Positions 53,653-64,000 of a DNA stretch of 64,000 nt are shown here, piece by piece (position 1 is the first letter of the stretch; every line of letters begins with the position of its first letter). The notes beneath the pieces are model-generated. The model saw only the letters and a list, made by a program, of their open reading frames with translations. It had not been told where the DNA came from and made no database searches. The DNA comes from Eledone cirrhosa (taxonomy: Eukaryota), in NCBI GenBank assembly GCA_964016885.1, contig OZ024746.1:91140001-91204000 (forward strand), written 5' to 3'. Both the position numbers and the translations under genes were made by a program.

Positions 53653-56600
53653 ATAAATGTAAATGTAAACTAAATGGACTTCTGTTGGTTTCACCAATAT
53701 AAGAGTTCAAGTTATTCAGTTCATGGCCATCCATATCCAGTTTTGGTCTTTAGGGTGCTGTGGTTGTCCCAGACTCCGGGGTAGGCAGTTAACGGCCTAC
53801 TTGTTAAATAGTGCTGAATATTCTTCAGATCTATCTTGTTCACATGGTCCATATTTGGCACGGTTTCTAAGGCTGGATGTTCTTCGTAAGGCCTAGAGTG
53901 AGTGTGTATTTACTGAAATAAAGATGTTATTGAAAGGCTGAGAGGACATTATAGGGTGGCTTGGTAGTATCGGTAGAGGGTCGGACGCCATGCTTTGACG
54001 CATAGAGTTATGGCCCTTGCCATTCTAAGTTCAAATCCTGCCGAGGTTAACTTTGCCTTTCATCCTTACGGGGTCGTTAAAATAAAGTACCAGTAATGCA
54101 CTGGGTAATTGCTGGCCTTGTGACAAAAGTAGAAACAATTATTAATAATGTTTCTTTTCTTCACCTAATAACCATTTCTAGTTAGCTTTTTGGTGCTCTC
54201 TGCAATATTTGGTTCTCTAAACTCCTTGTACACTCAGTAAAATAGTTGACTTTTGAACAGAAGAAGACAATAAGATAATATAGAAAGGATTCTGTAGTGA
54301 TGTTGAGGATACAGCCTCTCTATACAGCTGGTACCATGATAAAATACACCCAGTACACTCTGTAAAGCAGTCGATGTTAAGAAGAGCATTCAGCTGTAGA
54401 GACCATGCCAAAAATTGGAATGATGTAGCCCCCTGATCTGTTTATGAGGGCAGGTACTCCATATAAGAACTGATTTGAACTGTAACAACCTGTCCAACCC
54501 ATGCCAACATGGAAAACAAAAGTAAAATTATAATTATGATGGTGGTGGTGGTAGTATCTCTGTGAAGATGGTGGTGGTATCTCTGTGGTGGTGGTGGAGG
54601 TGAATGTGGTATCTCTGTGGTGGTGGAGGTGGTGGTGGTGAAGGTGAATGTGGTATCTCTGTGGTGGTGGTGGTGGTGGTATCTCTGTGGTGGTGGTGGT
54701 GGTAGTATCTCTGTGAAGATGGTGGTGGTATCTCTGTGGTGGTGGTGGAGGTGAATGTGGTATCTCTGTGGTGGTGGAGGTGGTGGTGGTGAAGGTGAAT
54801 GTGGTATCTCTGTGGTGGTGGTGGTGGTGGTATCTCTGTGGTGGTGGTGGTGGTAGTATCTCTGTGAAGATGGTGGTGGTATCTCTGTGGTGGTGGTGGT
54901 GGAGGTGAATGTGGTATCTCTGTGATGGTGATGGTGGTGAACGTGGCATCTATGTGGAGATGGTGTTGGTGGTATCTCTGTGGTAGTGGTGGTAGTATCT
55001 CTGTGGTAGTGGTGGTAGTATCTCTGTGGTAGTGGTGGTAGTATCTCTGTGGTAGTGGTGGTAGTATCTCTGTGGTAGTGGTGGTAGTATCTCTGTGGTA
55101 GTGGTGGTAGTATCTCTGTGGTAGTGGTGGTAGTATCTCTGTGGTGGTGGTGGTAGTATCTCTGTGGTAGTGGTGGTAGTATCTCTGTGGTAGTGGTGGT
55201 AGTATCTCTGTGGTGGTGGTGGTGGTATCTCTGTGGTGGTGGTGGTATCTTTATGGTGGTGGTGGTGGTATCTCTGTGGTAGTGGTGGTAGTATCTCTGT
55301 GGTAGTGGTGGTAGTATCTCTGTGGTGGTGGTGTGGTATCTCTGTGGTAGTGGTGGTGGTAGTATCTCTGTGGTAGTGGTGGTTGTATATCTGTGGTAGT
55401 GGTGGTGGTATATCTGTGGTAGTGGTGGTTGTATATCTGTGGTAGTGGTGGTGGTATATCTGTGGTAGTGGTGGTATCTCTGTGGTGGTGGTGATGGTGG
55501 TGTATCTCTGTGGTGGTGGTGGTGGTACCTCTGTGGTGATAGTGGTGGTACCTCTGTGTTGGTGGTGGTACCTCTGTGGTGGTGGTGGTACCTCTGTGGT
55601 GGTGGTGGTACCTCTGTGGTGGTGGTGGTACCTCTGTGTTGGTGGTGGTACCTCTGTGGTGGTGGTGGTACCTCTGTGTTGGTGGTGGTACCTCTGTGGT
55701 GGTGGTGGTACCTCTGTGGTGGTGGTGGTACCTCTGTGTTGGTGGTGGTACCTCTGTGGTGGTGGTGGTGGTACCTCTGTGGTGGTGGTGGTACCTCTGT
55801 GGTGGTGGTGGTGCCTCTGTGGTGATGGTGATGGTACCTCTGTGGTGATGGTGATGGTACCTCTGTGGTGATGGTGGTACCTCTGTGGTGGTGGTGGTAC
55901 CTCTGTGGTGGTGGTGGTGCCTCTGTGGTGGTGGTGGTGCCTCTGTGGTGGTGGTGGTGGTGGTACCTCTGTGGTGGTGGTGGTACCTCCGTGGTGGTGG
56001 TGGTGCCTCTGTGGTGATGGTGGTGGTACCTCTGTGGTGGTGGTGGTACCTCTGTGGTGGTGGTGGTGGTGCCTCTGTGGTGGTGGTGGTGGTGGTACCT
56101 CTGTGGTGGTGGTGGTACCTCTGTGGTGGTGGTGGTGCCTCTGTGGTGGTGGTGGTGGTGGTACCTCTGTGGTGGTGGTGGTACCTCTGTGGTGGTGGTG
56201 GTGGTACCTGTGGTGATGGTGGTGGTACCTCTGTGGTGGTGGTGGTGCTACCTCTGTGGTGATGGTGGTGGTACCTCTGTGGTGGTGGTGGTACCTCTGT
56301 GGTGGTGGTGGTGCCTCTGTGGTGGTGGTGGTGGTACCTCTGTGGTGGTGGTGGTACCTCTGTGGTGGTGGTGGTGCCTCTGTGGTGGTGGTGGTGGTAC
56401 CTCTGTGGTGGTGGTGGTACCTCTGTGGTGGTGGTGGTGGTACCTCTATGGTGATGGTGGTGGTACCTCTGTGGTGGTGGTGGTGGTACCTCTGTGGTGG
56501 TGGTTGTACCTCTGTGGTGGTGGTGGTGGTGGTACCTCTGTGGTGGTGGTGGTACCTCTGTGGTGGTGGTGGTGCCTCTGTGGTGGTGGTGGTGGTGGTA

Positions 56601-59600
56601 CCTCTGTGGTGGTGGTGGTACCTCTGTGGTGGTGGTGGTGGTACCTCTGTGGTGATGGTGGTGGTACCTCTGTGGTGGTGGTGGTGGTACCTCTGTGGTG
56701 ATGGTGGTGGTACCTCTGTGGTGGTGGTGGTACCTCTGAGGTAGTGGTTGTGGTTGTACCTCTGTGCAATTTAATCTCTAAACAATTTTATTTTTTTACA
56801 TCAACTGAAAATTTATTTACTATTCCATTACAACTTTGACAAGTACAGTGAAATCAGTTTCACTGAGAAGGTCTAATAAGATTGAAACAACTCTAGAGTT
56901 ATCTTCCTTACTAATCCCCCCCAAATCATAACATCATTACTCAATGACTAATGTTATTTTTTTACCTCCCTGGGTGGATTGGCAGTATCGGTAGAGGGTC
57001 GGACGTCCTGCTTTGACGCATAGAATTACGGCCCTTTCTATTCTGAGTTCAAATCCCGCCGAGGTCAACTTTGCCTTTCATCCTTACAGGGTCGATAAAA
57101 TAAAGTACCAGTAATACACTGGTTAATTGCTGGCCTTGTGCCAAAAGTAGAAACAATTATTTTTTTACCTCCCTATATAATTATTTTTAGTCAGTTCCTT
57201 CATACTACGTGTATTACATATATCAACACTCATTTATTTTCATGGGAAGTCATCACTGAGAAAATTACTCTTCAAAGAATATACTTGCTTATCTGATATA
57301 CATTTGTAACTTACTTCTGTCGTGGCATCATTCCAAATCAGTCTCCGAGTTTCTTTATCAATAGTCAGTCCATTAGGCCACTGGAGAGCTTTTGAAATTA
57401 TCGTAAGCCTGTTATTACCATCCATATCTGCTCGTTCTATCCGCGGCCGCTTTCCCCAATCTGTCCAGTAGATGTAGCTGCAGAAATACAATGGATATAA
57501 TTAAATTTGAGGCCTACCAATGTACTATAGAGGGATGGTAGGGTATACCTCATTGCTATTTGAGGCCTACTAATGTACTATAGAGGAATGGTAGGGTTCT
57601 ACCTCATTGCTATTTGAGGCCTACCAATGAACTATAGAGGGATGGTAGGGTTCTACCTCATTGCTATTTGAGGCCTACTAATTTACAGTCTAATTTACAT
57701 AACAAATAGGTCCTTGTGTGATAAATAAATATAATTATTAACATAATTATTTTATTCCCAGGTGTTTAAATAACATTACAAATTGTTCACAATTCTTTCA
57801 CAATGAAAATATAAACACAAATAATAAATACAACTAACTATTGCTAGGAGCCTCACAACTATAACATATATAATAAATACAACTAACTATTGCTAGGAGC
57901 CTCACAACTATAACATATATAATAAATACAACTAACTATTGCTAGGAGCCTCACAACTATAACATATATAATAAATACAATTAACTGTTGCTAGGAACCT
58001 CACAACTATAACACATATAATAAATACAACTAACTATTGCTAGGAACCTCACAACTATAACACAATACCTTACTGATTGTATAAAATGTTTTGAGGAGAA
58101 AAACAGAATATATTTTGGTCAACTTTTTACAAGACATATATTCTATATTTGATGTTGTTATTGACAGTCATTAGAACATTGGATAGAGAACTTTGTGGTA
58201 TTTGTTCAGACTCTCGGCTGTCCCAGTTCAAATCCCACCAACATCAACTTTGGCTTTCTGTCATTCAAGGTTGATAACAAAAGTACCACTTTAATACCGG
58301 GGTTGATTCTTCCTCTATAACTCCTTCTCACTTCCATTCTCTCACTCACTCTATCCTTCTCGGGAAGAAATCTGCTGTATTCAGGCCTGGGGAGGAGATG
58401 GGCTCTGCCAGGTTTTAAGATGCCCTAGAAATGTTGTATGTCAATATGGCACTCCATACTCACTGTAAATTTGGCTGGCATTAGGAAGGGACATCATTTC
58501 TGTATGAGGAAGACACAGTCATCTGTCTCACAACAGGACAACTCATCTAACCCACGGTAGCATCGTAAAATAGACATTAAATGGTGATGATGATGATGAT
58601 GATGATATATATATATATAAGTGAGTTTGCCTTTGCACATCTTCACATTCACACTGGATAGCCAGTGGCTACTGTTTATAGCATTCAACTCATTAGATGT
58701 ATCATGTTTATGTGGAACTGGTACCTTTCTTAGAGAACAACAACTTGCATCGAAAGGAGTTGGGCAAATATACTGCTTTAAAATCTCTTCTAAGCCATGG
58801 ATGTAAAAACAGTGGATATAAAAAAGGATAAAGACCCCCTTCAGTCATGGATGACCATGGGATTTGTACCTATAAAGTACCCCCCCCCCCCCAAGGCACA
58901 AGTCCAGGCAAGGTGTGTTTGTGGAAGACCAGCAGTCACCCATACATACCAGCCTCCAGTCTCTATGCCACCAATGGTGTCCAAAGGAATGTCAAAGGCT
59001 AATACGGTTTGGTACAAGTGATGTCGCAACTTATTTCTACAGCTAATAACCTCCCAATTGCAAGCACAGTGCTCTAACCACTAAGCCATGTGCCTCATTA
59101 TATGTATATCAACAATAATAAAGTGTTAATATAATAGTGTATATGTGGTTTTAATGGTTGCAACAACTGCAACTAAGATGAAAGAATAGTTTTATTCCCA
59201 ACAAATCACTTGAGTTGACAAGAAAAAGACAAGTGAAAGACAAGAACAAATACAAAATCTACAAAAAGTATTGTTTGGTTATTAAAATGCTATGAGAAAC
59301 ATAATTTAACAAAGGGTTCTTTATACAAAATTATATTAGGTTTTAATTTAAATAGGGATGAGTTAAAATTGGTGGGTTTGTATCCTAAAAGCAGATGTAC
59401 CTACCCCTGTTCATAATGGATTACAATTGCTCTTGGAGAATCTAGATCCTGCCAAAAGAGCACTTTACGCATTGTGCCATCAAGGTTTGCCACTTCAATC
59501 CGGTTGTTTCCATTTTCTGTCCAATAAATCTTCTTGCCAATATAGTCAACTGCAAGTCCATCAGTTGTATCAAGTCCATGAGAAATAACATCTTCAACTC

Positions 59601-59663
59601 GGGAACCGTCTAGGTTGGATCTTTGGATTTTATCCACAACTGTGTCTGACCAATAAATTTTAC
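20865..59663 (-). CDS. LRP4: LRP4-like LDL receptor-related protein, 3' part (16 coding exons; gene continues past the window end)
   Basis: Manually spliced exons total 2252 nt with consistent phases. Order is YWTD propeller-EGF-YWTD propeller-EGF-stalk-TM-NPSY tail. Peptides such as [44 protein letters not shown] and LTFTNPSY match my recollection of vertebrate LRP4 propellers 3-4 and tail. No LDLa repeats before the TM and no PPPSP motifs, which argues against LRP5/6. Confidence 0.92.
21140..21660. repeat. Minisatellite, 50-51-bp unit, in the last LRP4 intron
   Basis: agattaagttagagtacagttattttggcagttatgatatatttttataa. Confidence 0.95.
22697..23036. mobile_element. Degenerate Tigger-like MITE
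   Basis: Imperfect TIRs tagtctacccccggcattcgtgg / cttgtgaataccgggagacta. Confidence 0.5.
23240..23384 (-). CDS. LRP4: LRP4 cytoplasmic exon: [28 protein letters not shown]...FRFDRAE
   Basis: ttacag acceptor, GTAGGT donor, 145 nt, phase 2 to 0; NPxY motif at 23327-23338. Confidence 0.9.
24270..24957. repeat. Minisatellite, 53-bp unit, 13 copies, inside a SINE tail
   Basis: catgggttagacaagttgtgacattattgaggtgagataggtcaggtgaccat. Confidence 0.95.
25375..25852 (+). mobile_element. R4/Dong-clade non-LTR retrotransposon 3' fragment (restriction-like endonuclease domain) with (TAA)n tail
   Basis: [10 protein letters not shown]...[10 protein letters not shown]...IVDVACP...EKINRYQDL...IPIVIGALG...LLGTAR, a PD-(D/E)xK RLE signature. 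Confidence 0.85.
25859..25946 (-). CDS. LRP4: LRP4 transmembrane exon: [30 protein letters not shown]
   Basis: tttcag acceptor, GTAAGA donor, 88 nt, phase 1 to 2; about 20 hydrophobic residues followed by a basic stop-transfer. Confidence 0.9.
26690..27530 (-). mobile_element. RTE-clade LINE 3' fragment, family B, containing an 81-bp tandem array
   Basis: [15 protein letters not shown]...[25 protein letters not shown]; (GAA)n tail; related copies at about 10845-11365 (+) and 35015-35190 (-). Confidence 0.8.
27651..27709 (-). CDS. LRP4: LRP4 exon (stalk): [20 protein letters not shown]
   Basis: tgttag acceptor, GTAAGT donor, 59 nt, phase 2 to 1; CS-x6-GLC cysteine pair as recalled for the vertebrate LRP4 juxtamembrane region. 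Confidence 0.85.
28816..29029. mobile_element. piggyBac-type MITE
   Basis: TTAA|ccctttaacattta ... taaatggtaaaggg|TTAA; inverted relative to the copy at about 28355-28585. Confidence 0.8.
29115..29834 (+). mobile_element. hAT-like MITE with an internal 31-bp array (about 19 copies)
   Basis: Ends caggtatgggcaa / tttcccatgactg; unit ccacataggatgtggctcattataaggtggg. Confidence 0.75.
30170..30594. mobile_element. hAT-type MITE
   Basis: TIRs cagaggttctca / tgagaacctctg; TSD ctttaaac / ctttaaat. Confidence 0.85.
30631..30715 (-). CDS. LRP4: LRP4 exon (stalk): [28 protein letters not shown]
   Basis: Strong polypyrimidine tract plus tttcag acceptor, GTGAGT donor, 85 nt, phase 1 to 2 fits both neighbours. 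Confidence 0.8.
32603..33550. repeat. Minisatellite, 85-bp unit, about 11 copies, with 170-bp dimer structure
   Basis: Period 85 (32629 to 32714); alternating cctctg/cctttg and tatatat/tatgtat variants. Confidence 0.95.
33678..33791 (-). CDS. LRP4: LRP4 exon (last EGF): [38 protein letters not shown]
   Basis: ttttag acceptor, GTAAGA donor, 114 nt, phase 1 to 1. Confidence 0.95.
34421..34565 (-). CDS. LRP4: LRP4 exon: [18 protein letters not shown]...[14 protein letters not shown]
   Basis: tttcag acceptor, GTCAGT donor, 145 nt, phase 0 to 1. Confidence 0.95.
34615..35013 (+). mobile_element. tRNA-derived CORE-like SINE with RTE-derived tail (family 2)
   Basis: A box tggcttagtgg, B box gagttcaattc, core ccttgagcaagacacttt, tail ggaagggcatc...ggacgtaaaa(tga)n. 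Confidence 0.85.
35358..36665. repeat. Variable minisatellite gtttaacacagca(gt)n gagg
   Basis: Constant 13-bp anchor with a variable (GT)n spacer. Confidence 0.95.
37340..37505. repeat. 20-bp minisatellite
   Basis: ccctggaccttctcaaagcc. Confidence 0.85.
37576..37724 (-). CDS. LRP4: LRP4 exon: [26 protein letters not shown]...HPFGLSV
   Basis: ttttag acceptor, GTAAGT donor, 149 nt, phase 1 to 0. Confidence 0.95.
38321..38415 (-). CDS. LRP4: LRP4 exon: [31 protein letters not shown]
   Basis: tttcag acceptor, GTATGT donor, 95 nt, phase 2 to 1. Confidence 0.95.
39010..39640 (-). mobile_element. Second copy of the hAT-like MITE with the 31-bp array, opposite orientation
   Basis: Unit gagccacatcctatgtggcccaccttatgtt; end aaggttgcccatgtctg; an unexpanded copy lies at about 39922-40089. 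Confidence 0.75.
40277..40382 (-). CDS. LRP4: LRP4 exon: [36 protein letters not shown]
   Basis: ctacag acceptor, GTAAGA donor, 106 nt, phase 1 to 2. Confidence 0.95.
41391..42871. mobile_element. piggyBac-type MITE expanded by an internal 72-bp tandem array (about 18 copies)
   Basis: TTAA TSDs and ccctttaacattta / taaatgctaaaggg ends intact; unit period 72 (41489 to 41561). Confidence 0.85.
42941..43053 (-). CDS. LRP4: LRP4 exon: [37 protein letters not shown]
   Basis: ttatag acceptor, GTAAGT donor, 113 nt, phase 2 to 1. Confidence 0.95.
46000..47189. mobile_element. piggyBac-type MITE split by the Helitron
   Basis: Left part 46000-46063 and right part 47047-47189 rejoin to the family consensus. 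Confidence 0.8.
46064..47046 (-). mobile_element. Non-autonomous Helitron
   Basis: Minus strand starts TC (tctctctatatataaaa) and ends cccgggcaaggccggg hairpin + taattcagCTAG; inserted between A and T without TSD; carries (CA)n tracts. Confidence 0.85.
47258..47435 (-). CDS. LRP4: LRP4 exon (start of propeller 4): [20 protein letters not shown]...[12 protein letters not shown]
   Basis: tttcag acceptor, GTGAGT donor, 178 nt, phase 1 to 2. Confidence 0.95.
47745..48292 (-). mobile_element. RTE-clade LINE 3' fragment, family A, with (TGA)n tail
   Basis: [16 protein letters not shown]...YDACVR / LHGSET...[12 protein letters not shown]; frameshifted; 3' end shared with the SINE tails. Confidence 0.85.
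48293..50704. repeat. LINE-derived minisatellite, 81-bp unit, about 30 copies
   Basis: Minus frame repeats [27 protein letters not shown], homologous to the RTE family B segment at 26980-27490. Confidence 0.95.
50752..50883 (-). CDS. LRP4: LRP4 exon (EGF): [44 protein letters not shown]
   Basis: tttcag acceptor, GTGAGT donor, 132 nt, phase 1 to 1; six-cysteine EGF; not in the ORF track in this frame. Confidence 0.95.
50940..51400. mobile_element. Second TTAA-type MITE family (two adjacent copies); relatives at about 13400-13653 and 27786-28070
   Basis: ttaaccctttatttaccaa ... tggtaatgaaagggtta ends; shared aaatcttccaacataatttt core. Confidence 0.6.
51487..51797. mobile_element. hAT-type MITE, same family as 30170-30594
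   Basis: Shared internal sequence; perfect 8-bp TSD acttagat. Confidence 0.85.
51836..52058 (-). CDS. LRP4: LRP4 exon: VIECSDLNG...[17 protein letters not shown]...MDRT
   Basis: tcgcag acceptor, GTAACT donor, 223 nt, phase 0 to 1. Confidence 0.95.
52855..53105 (+). mobile_element. LINE apurinic-endonuclease N-terminal fragment (RTE-like)
   Basis: LRIGTINV...CCVQETR...YKFFWVGN...GGVGILL with in-frame stops. Confidence 0.8.
53224..53610 (+). mobile_element. SINE family 2, full length
   Basis: Same head, core and tail as 34615-35013. Confidence 0.85.
54538..56765. repeat. (GTG)n-based cryptic satellite
   Basis: (gtg)n interrupted by gtatctct in the left part and gtacctct/gtgcctct in the right part. 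Confidence 0.95.
56972..57161 (+). mobile_element. tRNA-derived SINE family 1 (representative copy)
   Basis: ggtggattggcagtatcggtaga...gagttcaaatcccgccgagg...gcctttcatcc...ggggtcgataaaataaagtaccag...ggccttgtgccaaaagtagaaacaattatt. Copies at about 3010-3320, 12345-12446, 19495-19625, 32038-32475, 37900-38115, 45670-45800, 52200-52390, 53954-54145, 62490-62675 and 62970-63155. Confidence 0.85.
57315..57477 (-). CDS. LRP4: LRP4 exon: [20 protein letters not shown]...WPNGLTID...DATTE
   Basis: ctgcag acceptor, GTAAGT donor, 163 nt, phase 2 to 0. Confidence 0.95.
57506..57682. repeat. Minisatellite, about 53-bp unit, 3.3 copies
   Basis: tttgaggcctaccaatgtactatagagggatggtagggttctacctcattgcta. Confidence 0.9.
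57820..58065. repeat. Minisatellite, 49-bp unit, 5 copies
   Basis: ataataaatacaactaactattgctaggagcctcacaactataacatat. Confidence 0.9.
59405..59663 (-). CDS. LRP4: LRP4 exon (propeller 3): [20 protein letters not shown]...[13 protein letters not shown]
   Basis: ttccag acceptor, GTAGGT donor, 259 nt, phase 1 to 2. Confidence 0.95.
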
Positions 59664-60966
59664 CTGGAAGAAAATCATAAGACTAGAACTGGTTATAATA
59701 TATAATCTAAATTATTGTGTACATTGCTCAGGTGCACTACAACTCACCAAAGGTGCATGTATAGTACATAGCATAATGTACAAATGTCAGGAAAGTGAAC
59801 AGTGTATGAGTCATGATATACACACATACGTGGGTGTATATGAAGGGGGACTATCAGGTGTAGTGGTTGTAATATTTGGACTGATAAGGATATGTCAGAT
59901 ACAACAGTGCTAGATTAAATTATATTAAATTTAAGTTTTAGCCTTTTGTGGATATGATATTAAATATCCTACCCCAAGTTGTTGACTTCAACATCTGTAG
60001 ATATGTATGAAGGTCAGCTGAAAAGTTCATAGGTTGACTATGAAGGAGTCATCTGTTTAATATCATTATGTGAAGGTGTGTGGCTTTGTGGTTCGGGTAT
60101 TCAGCTCACAATTGTAAGTTTGTTGGTTCCCAGCGGCACGTTATGTCCTTGAGCAAGACACTTTATTTCATGTTGCTTCCGTCATCTCAGCTGGCAAAAA
60201 TGAGTTACACCTGTAATTTGAAAGGTCAGTCTTGTCAGATTCTGTGTCACATTGAATCTCCCTGAAAACTATGTTAAGGGTACACGTGTTTGTGGAATGC
60301 TCAGCCACTTGCATGTTAATTTCACGAGCAGGCTGTTCTGTTGATTAGAACAACTGGAATGCCTGTAAGTTTTTAATGTCATTACACCCAAACAAAAGAC
60401 ATCTTAACCCTCAGGGGGCTTTTAAGACTTTTATCATTATCCAGTCTTTGGAAAGATGGTAGGATGACAGAAATATCAGAATACCAGACTAAATACTTGA
60501 TTACACTTTTTAGTTTTATCCCTTTAACCGCTTCAGTGCTGTAGACGAGATAACAAAAGGTTTCTTCATACAAAATTATATTAGACGGTTTTAGTTTGAA
60601 TAGGGATACTTTAAAATTGGAGGATTTGTATCCTAAAAGCAGATCTGGTTTTGGATGGCATCAAACATGTTAAAAAGCAACCACAATCTCAACTAAAAAA
60701 ATTTGACACTACATATATATATATATATATGTGTTGTGTTGTGTGTGTGTGTGTGTGTGTGTGTGCGTAGAAATCTGTAGATGAAAGATCAAGGAAAACA
60801 GTGGTCAATCTGTTGCAAGAGCTTATTTAGTATAAACAAAGTTTCATTCATTCAATATGTATGTGTGACCATTGCTTTCGGGGTCCAGGTGTGGACCACT
60901 TTCCCCAGCCAAAGGTCAGAGGTAAGTGTAGGAAACTTTGTTTATATTATATATATACATATATAT

Positions 60967-61298
60967 GGAGGCACATGGCTTAGTGGTTAGAGCATTGGGC
61001 TTGCAATCGAAAGGTTGTGAGTTCAATTCTCAGACCAGGTGATGTGTTGTTTCCTTGAGCAAGACACTTTATTTCACATTGCTCCAGTTTACTCAGCTGT
61101 AGAAATGAGATGATAGGACTGGGGTCCCTATCATTCCACTTTAAAGTGGTCGTGGAGGTGCCACGGCAAAAAAAGCACCCAGCACTCACTGTAAAATGAG
61201 ATTGGTGTTAGGAAGGGCATCCAGCTGTAGAAGTCAGGCCAGAGTCAGTTCCCGTCCAACCCTTGCAAGCAGGGAAAAGTGGACGTAAAATGAAATGA
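60967..61298 (+). mobile_element. SINE family 2, full length
   Basis: Same head, core and tail. Confidence 0.85.
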
Positions 61299-61420
61299 TA
61301 TATATAATTTGATATATAGCTCTGATATCGAGTCAATTTAATTATTTTGATTATTTTGTCTCTCTTGATCATCGAGCAACACTGGTTAAGGTTGACATCA
61401 CACGCACTCGCATACATGTG

Positions 61421-62490
<1,070 letters not shown>

Positions 62491-63414
62491 GAATTGGCAG
62501 TATCTGTAGAGGTTTGGACGCCATACTGTCCAGCATAGTTACGTCCCTTTACGGTCTGAGTTCAAATCCCGCCGAGGTTCACTTTGCCTTTCATCCTTAC
62601 GGGGTCGATAAAATAAAGTACCAGTAATGTACTGGGTAATTGCTGGCCTTGTGCCAAAAGTAGAAACAATTATTATATTGTCTCAAATACCCTTACGGTT
62701 GAGTTAACCCAAAAGTGTAGGAACTGCTTTCTCAAGCAAATACTATAATCACTTTCCGTCTAATTTACAACTCGCCTGTGGCCTTCATCAATTTTGATTG
62801 CCCTGCACTTTTTTATACAGCTCTCATCTTTCATGCACATACCAACGTAATCTCCTCTCAATGAAACTGCATCTGATCCCTCTTATTCCTAATTACTCAC
62901 TTAGTTCGTTTATGTTTTGCTGTTCCTATATATATATATTACTATATATATACATATATATATATACACAATAATTGTTTCTACGTTAGGCACAAGGCCA
63001 GCAATTACCCAGTGCATTACTGGTACTTTATTTTATCGACCCCGTAAGGATGAAAGGCAAAGTTCACCTTGGCGGGATTTGAACTGAGAATGGCAAGGGC
63101 TGTAACTCTATACGTCAAAGCATGGCGTCCGACCCTCTACCAATACTGCCAATCGATACAATAATGAGACGTACACAGATATATGCGATATATGCCAGAT
63201 GCAGATCTGTTTTGAAATTTTTCCATGAGGTGTTCCCTTGATAACTCGGCATACCTCACAAAAATGTTACATCTCTATGATGTAGGATTTTTGCATAGTA
63301 GCCACGAAACTGTACAATCGGGAATTTGAAGAAAAAAATGGGTATTTATTTATGTCTAATATTTCTTCTTACTTTATAATATATTATATATATATATGTA
63401 TGTATATATATATA

Positions 63415-63802
63415 TCATCATCATCATTTCATTTTACGTCCGCTTTTCTCTGCTTGCAAGGGAGGGACGGGAACTGATTCTGACTTGATTTCTACAGCTG
63501 GATGCCCTTCCTAACACCAACCTCATTTACAGTGAGTGCTCAGTGCTTTTTTTCCGTGGCGCCTACACGTCCACTTTACAGTGTGGACTGGGTGCTTTTT
63601 TGCTGTGGCACCTCCACGACCACTTTGCAGTGGAATGATAGGGACCCCAGTCCTACCATCTCATTTCTACAGCTGAGTGAACTGGAGCAATGTGAAATAA
63701 AGTGTCTTGCTCAAGGAAACAACACATCACCTGGTCTGAGAATTGAACTCACAACCTTTCGATTGCAAGGCCAATGCTCTAACCACTAATCCATGTGCCT
63801 CC
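63415..63802 (-). mobile_element. SINE family 2, full length
   Basis: Reverse complement of the family; other copies at about 31280-31645 (-), 9190-9310 (+), 22424-22530 (+) and 60073-60360 (+). Confidence 0.85.
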
Positions 63803-64000
63803 ATATATGTATATGTATGTATTAGAATTTCGTATTTCAGAAGAAATACGGTATGTTTAAAATAACCATTTAGAGAGCCGTAGCTATGCCAAAACACCAG
63901 CGACTAATGCCGTCTGGCGATATCCAACAGAAGCAAGGGGGTCAATCATGGATGCACATTTCAAACTGAACTGGTTCTTATCAGCACAATCCCTCCCAGT

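Noticed and set aside
20865-59663. Alternative identity as LRP5/6, LRP1/2 or vitellogenin receptor
   Set aside because: The last propeller-EGF is followed directly by stalk, TM and a single NPSY, with no juxtamembrane LDLa repeats, PPPSP motifs or EGF cluster.
60382-60573. 63-aa minus-strand ORF as a possible upstream LRP4 exon
   Set aside because: No resemblance to the expected start of propeller 3 and no fitting phase-1 donor; the upstream exon is presumably outside the window.

Overview
Eukaryotic, AT-rich and very repeat-dense DNA. The SINE, LINE and microsatellite content looks like a coleoid cephalopod, probably an octopod; this is inferred, not proven. The only host gene I can reconstruct is the 3' part of an LRP4-like LDL-receptor-family gene on the minus strand. 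It has 16 coding exons from 59663 down to the stop codon at 20865, all with GT-AG boundaries and consistent phases, giving about 750 codons. These encode two YWTD beta-propellers each followed by an EGF repeat, a stalk, one transmembrane helix and a cytoplasmic tail with FTNPSY. The 5' part of the gene lies beyond the window. Everything else is intron or intergenic sequence: two tRNA-derived SINE families, RTE-type and R4/Dong-type LINE fragments, hAT, piggyBac and Tigger-type MITEs, a nested Helitron, about 17 minisatellite arrays (several amplified from inside transposon copies), several long inverted repeats, and Penelope-type minimal hammerhead-ribozyme motifs. Almost all long ORFs in the supplied track are tandem-repeat artefacts. 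I found no clearly new biological system. The best leads are the hammerhead motifs, the cluster of long fold-backs, and recurrent LINE/MITE-to-minisatellite conversion at shared breakpoints.
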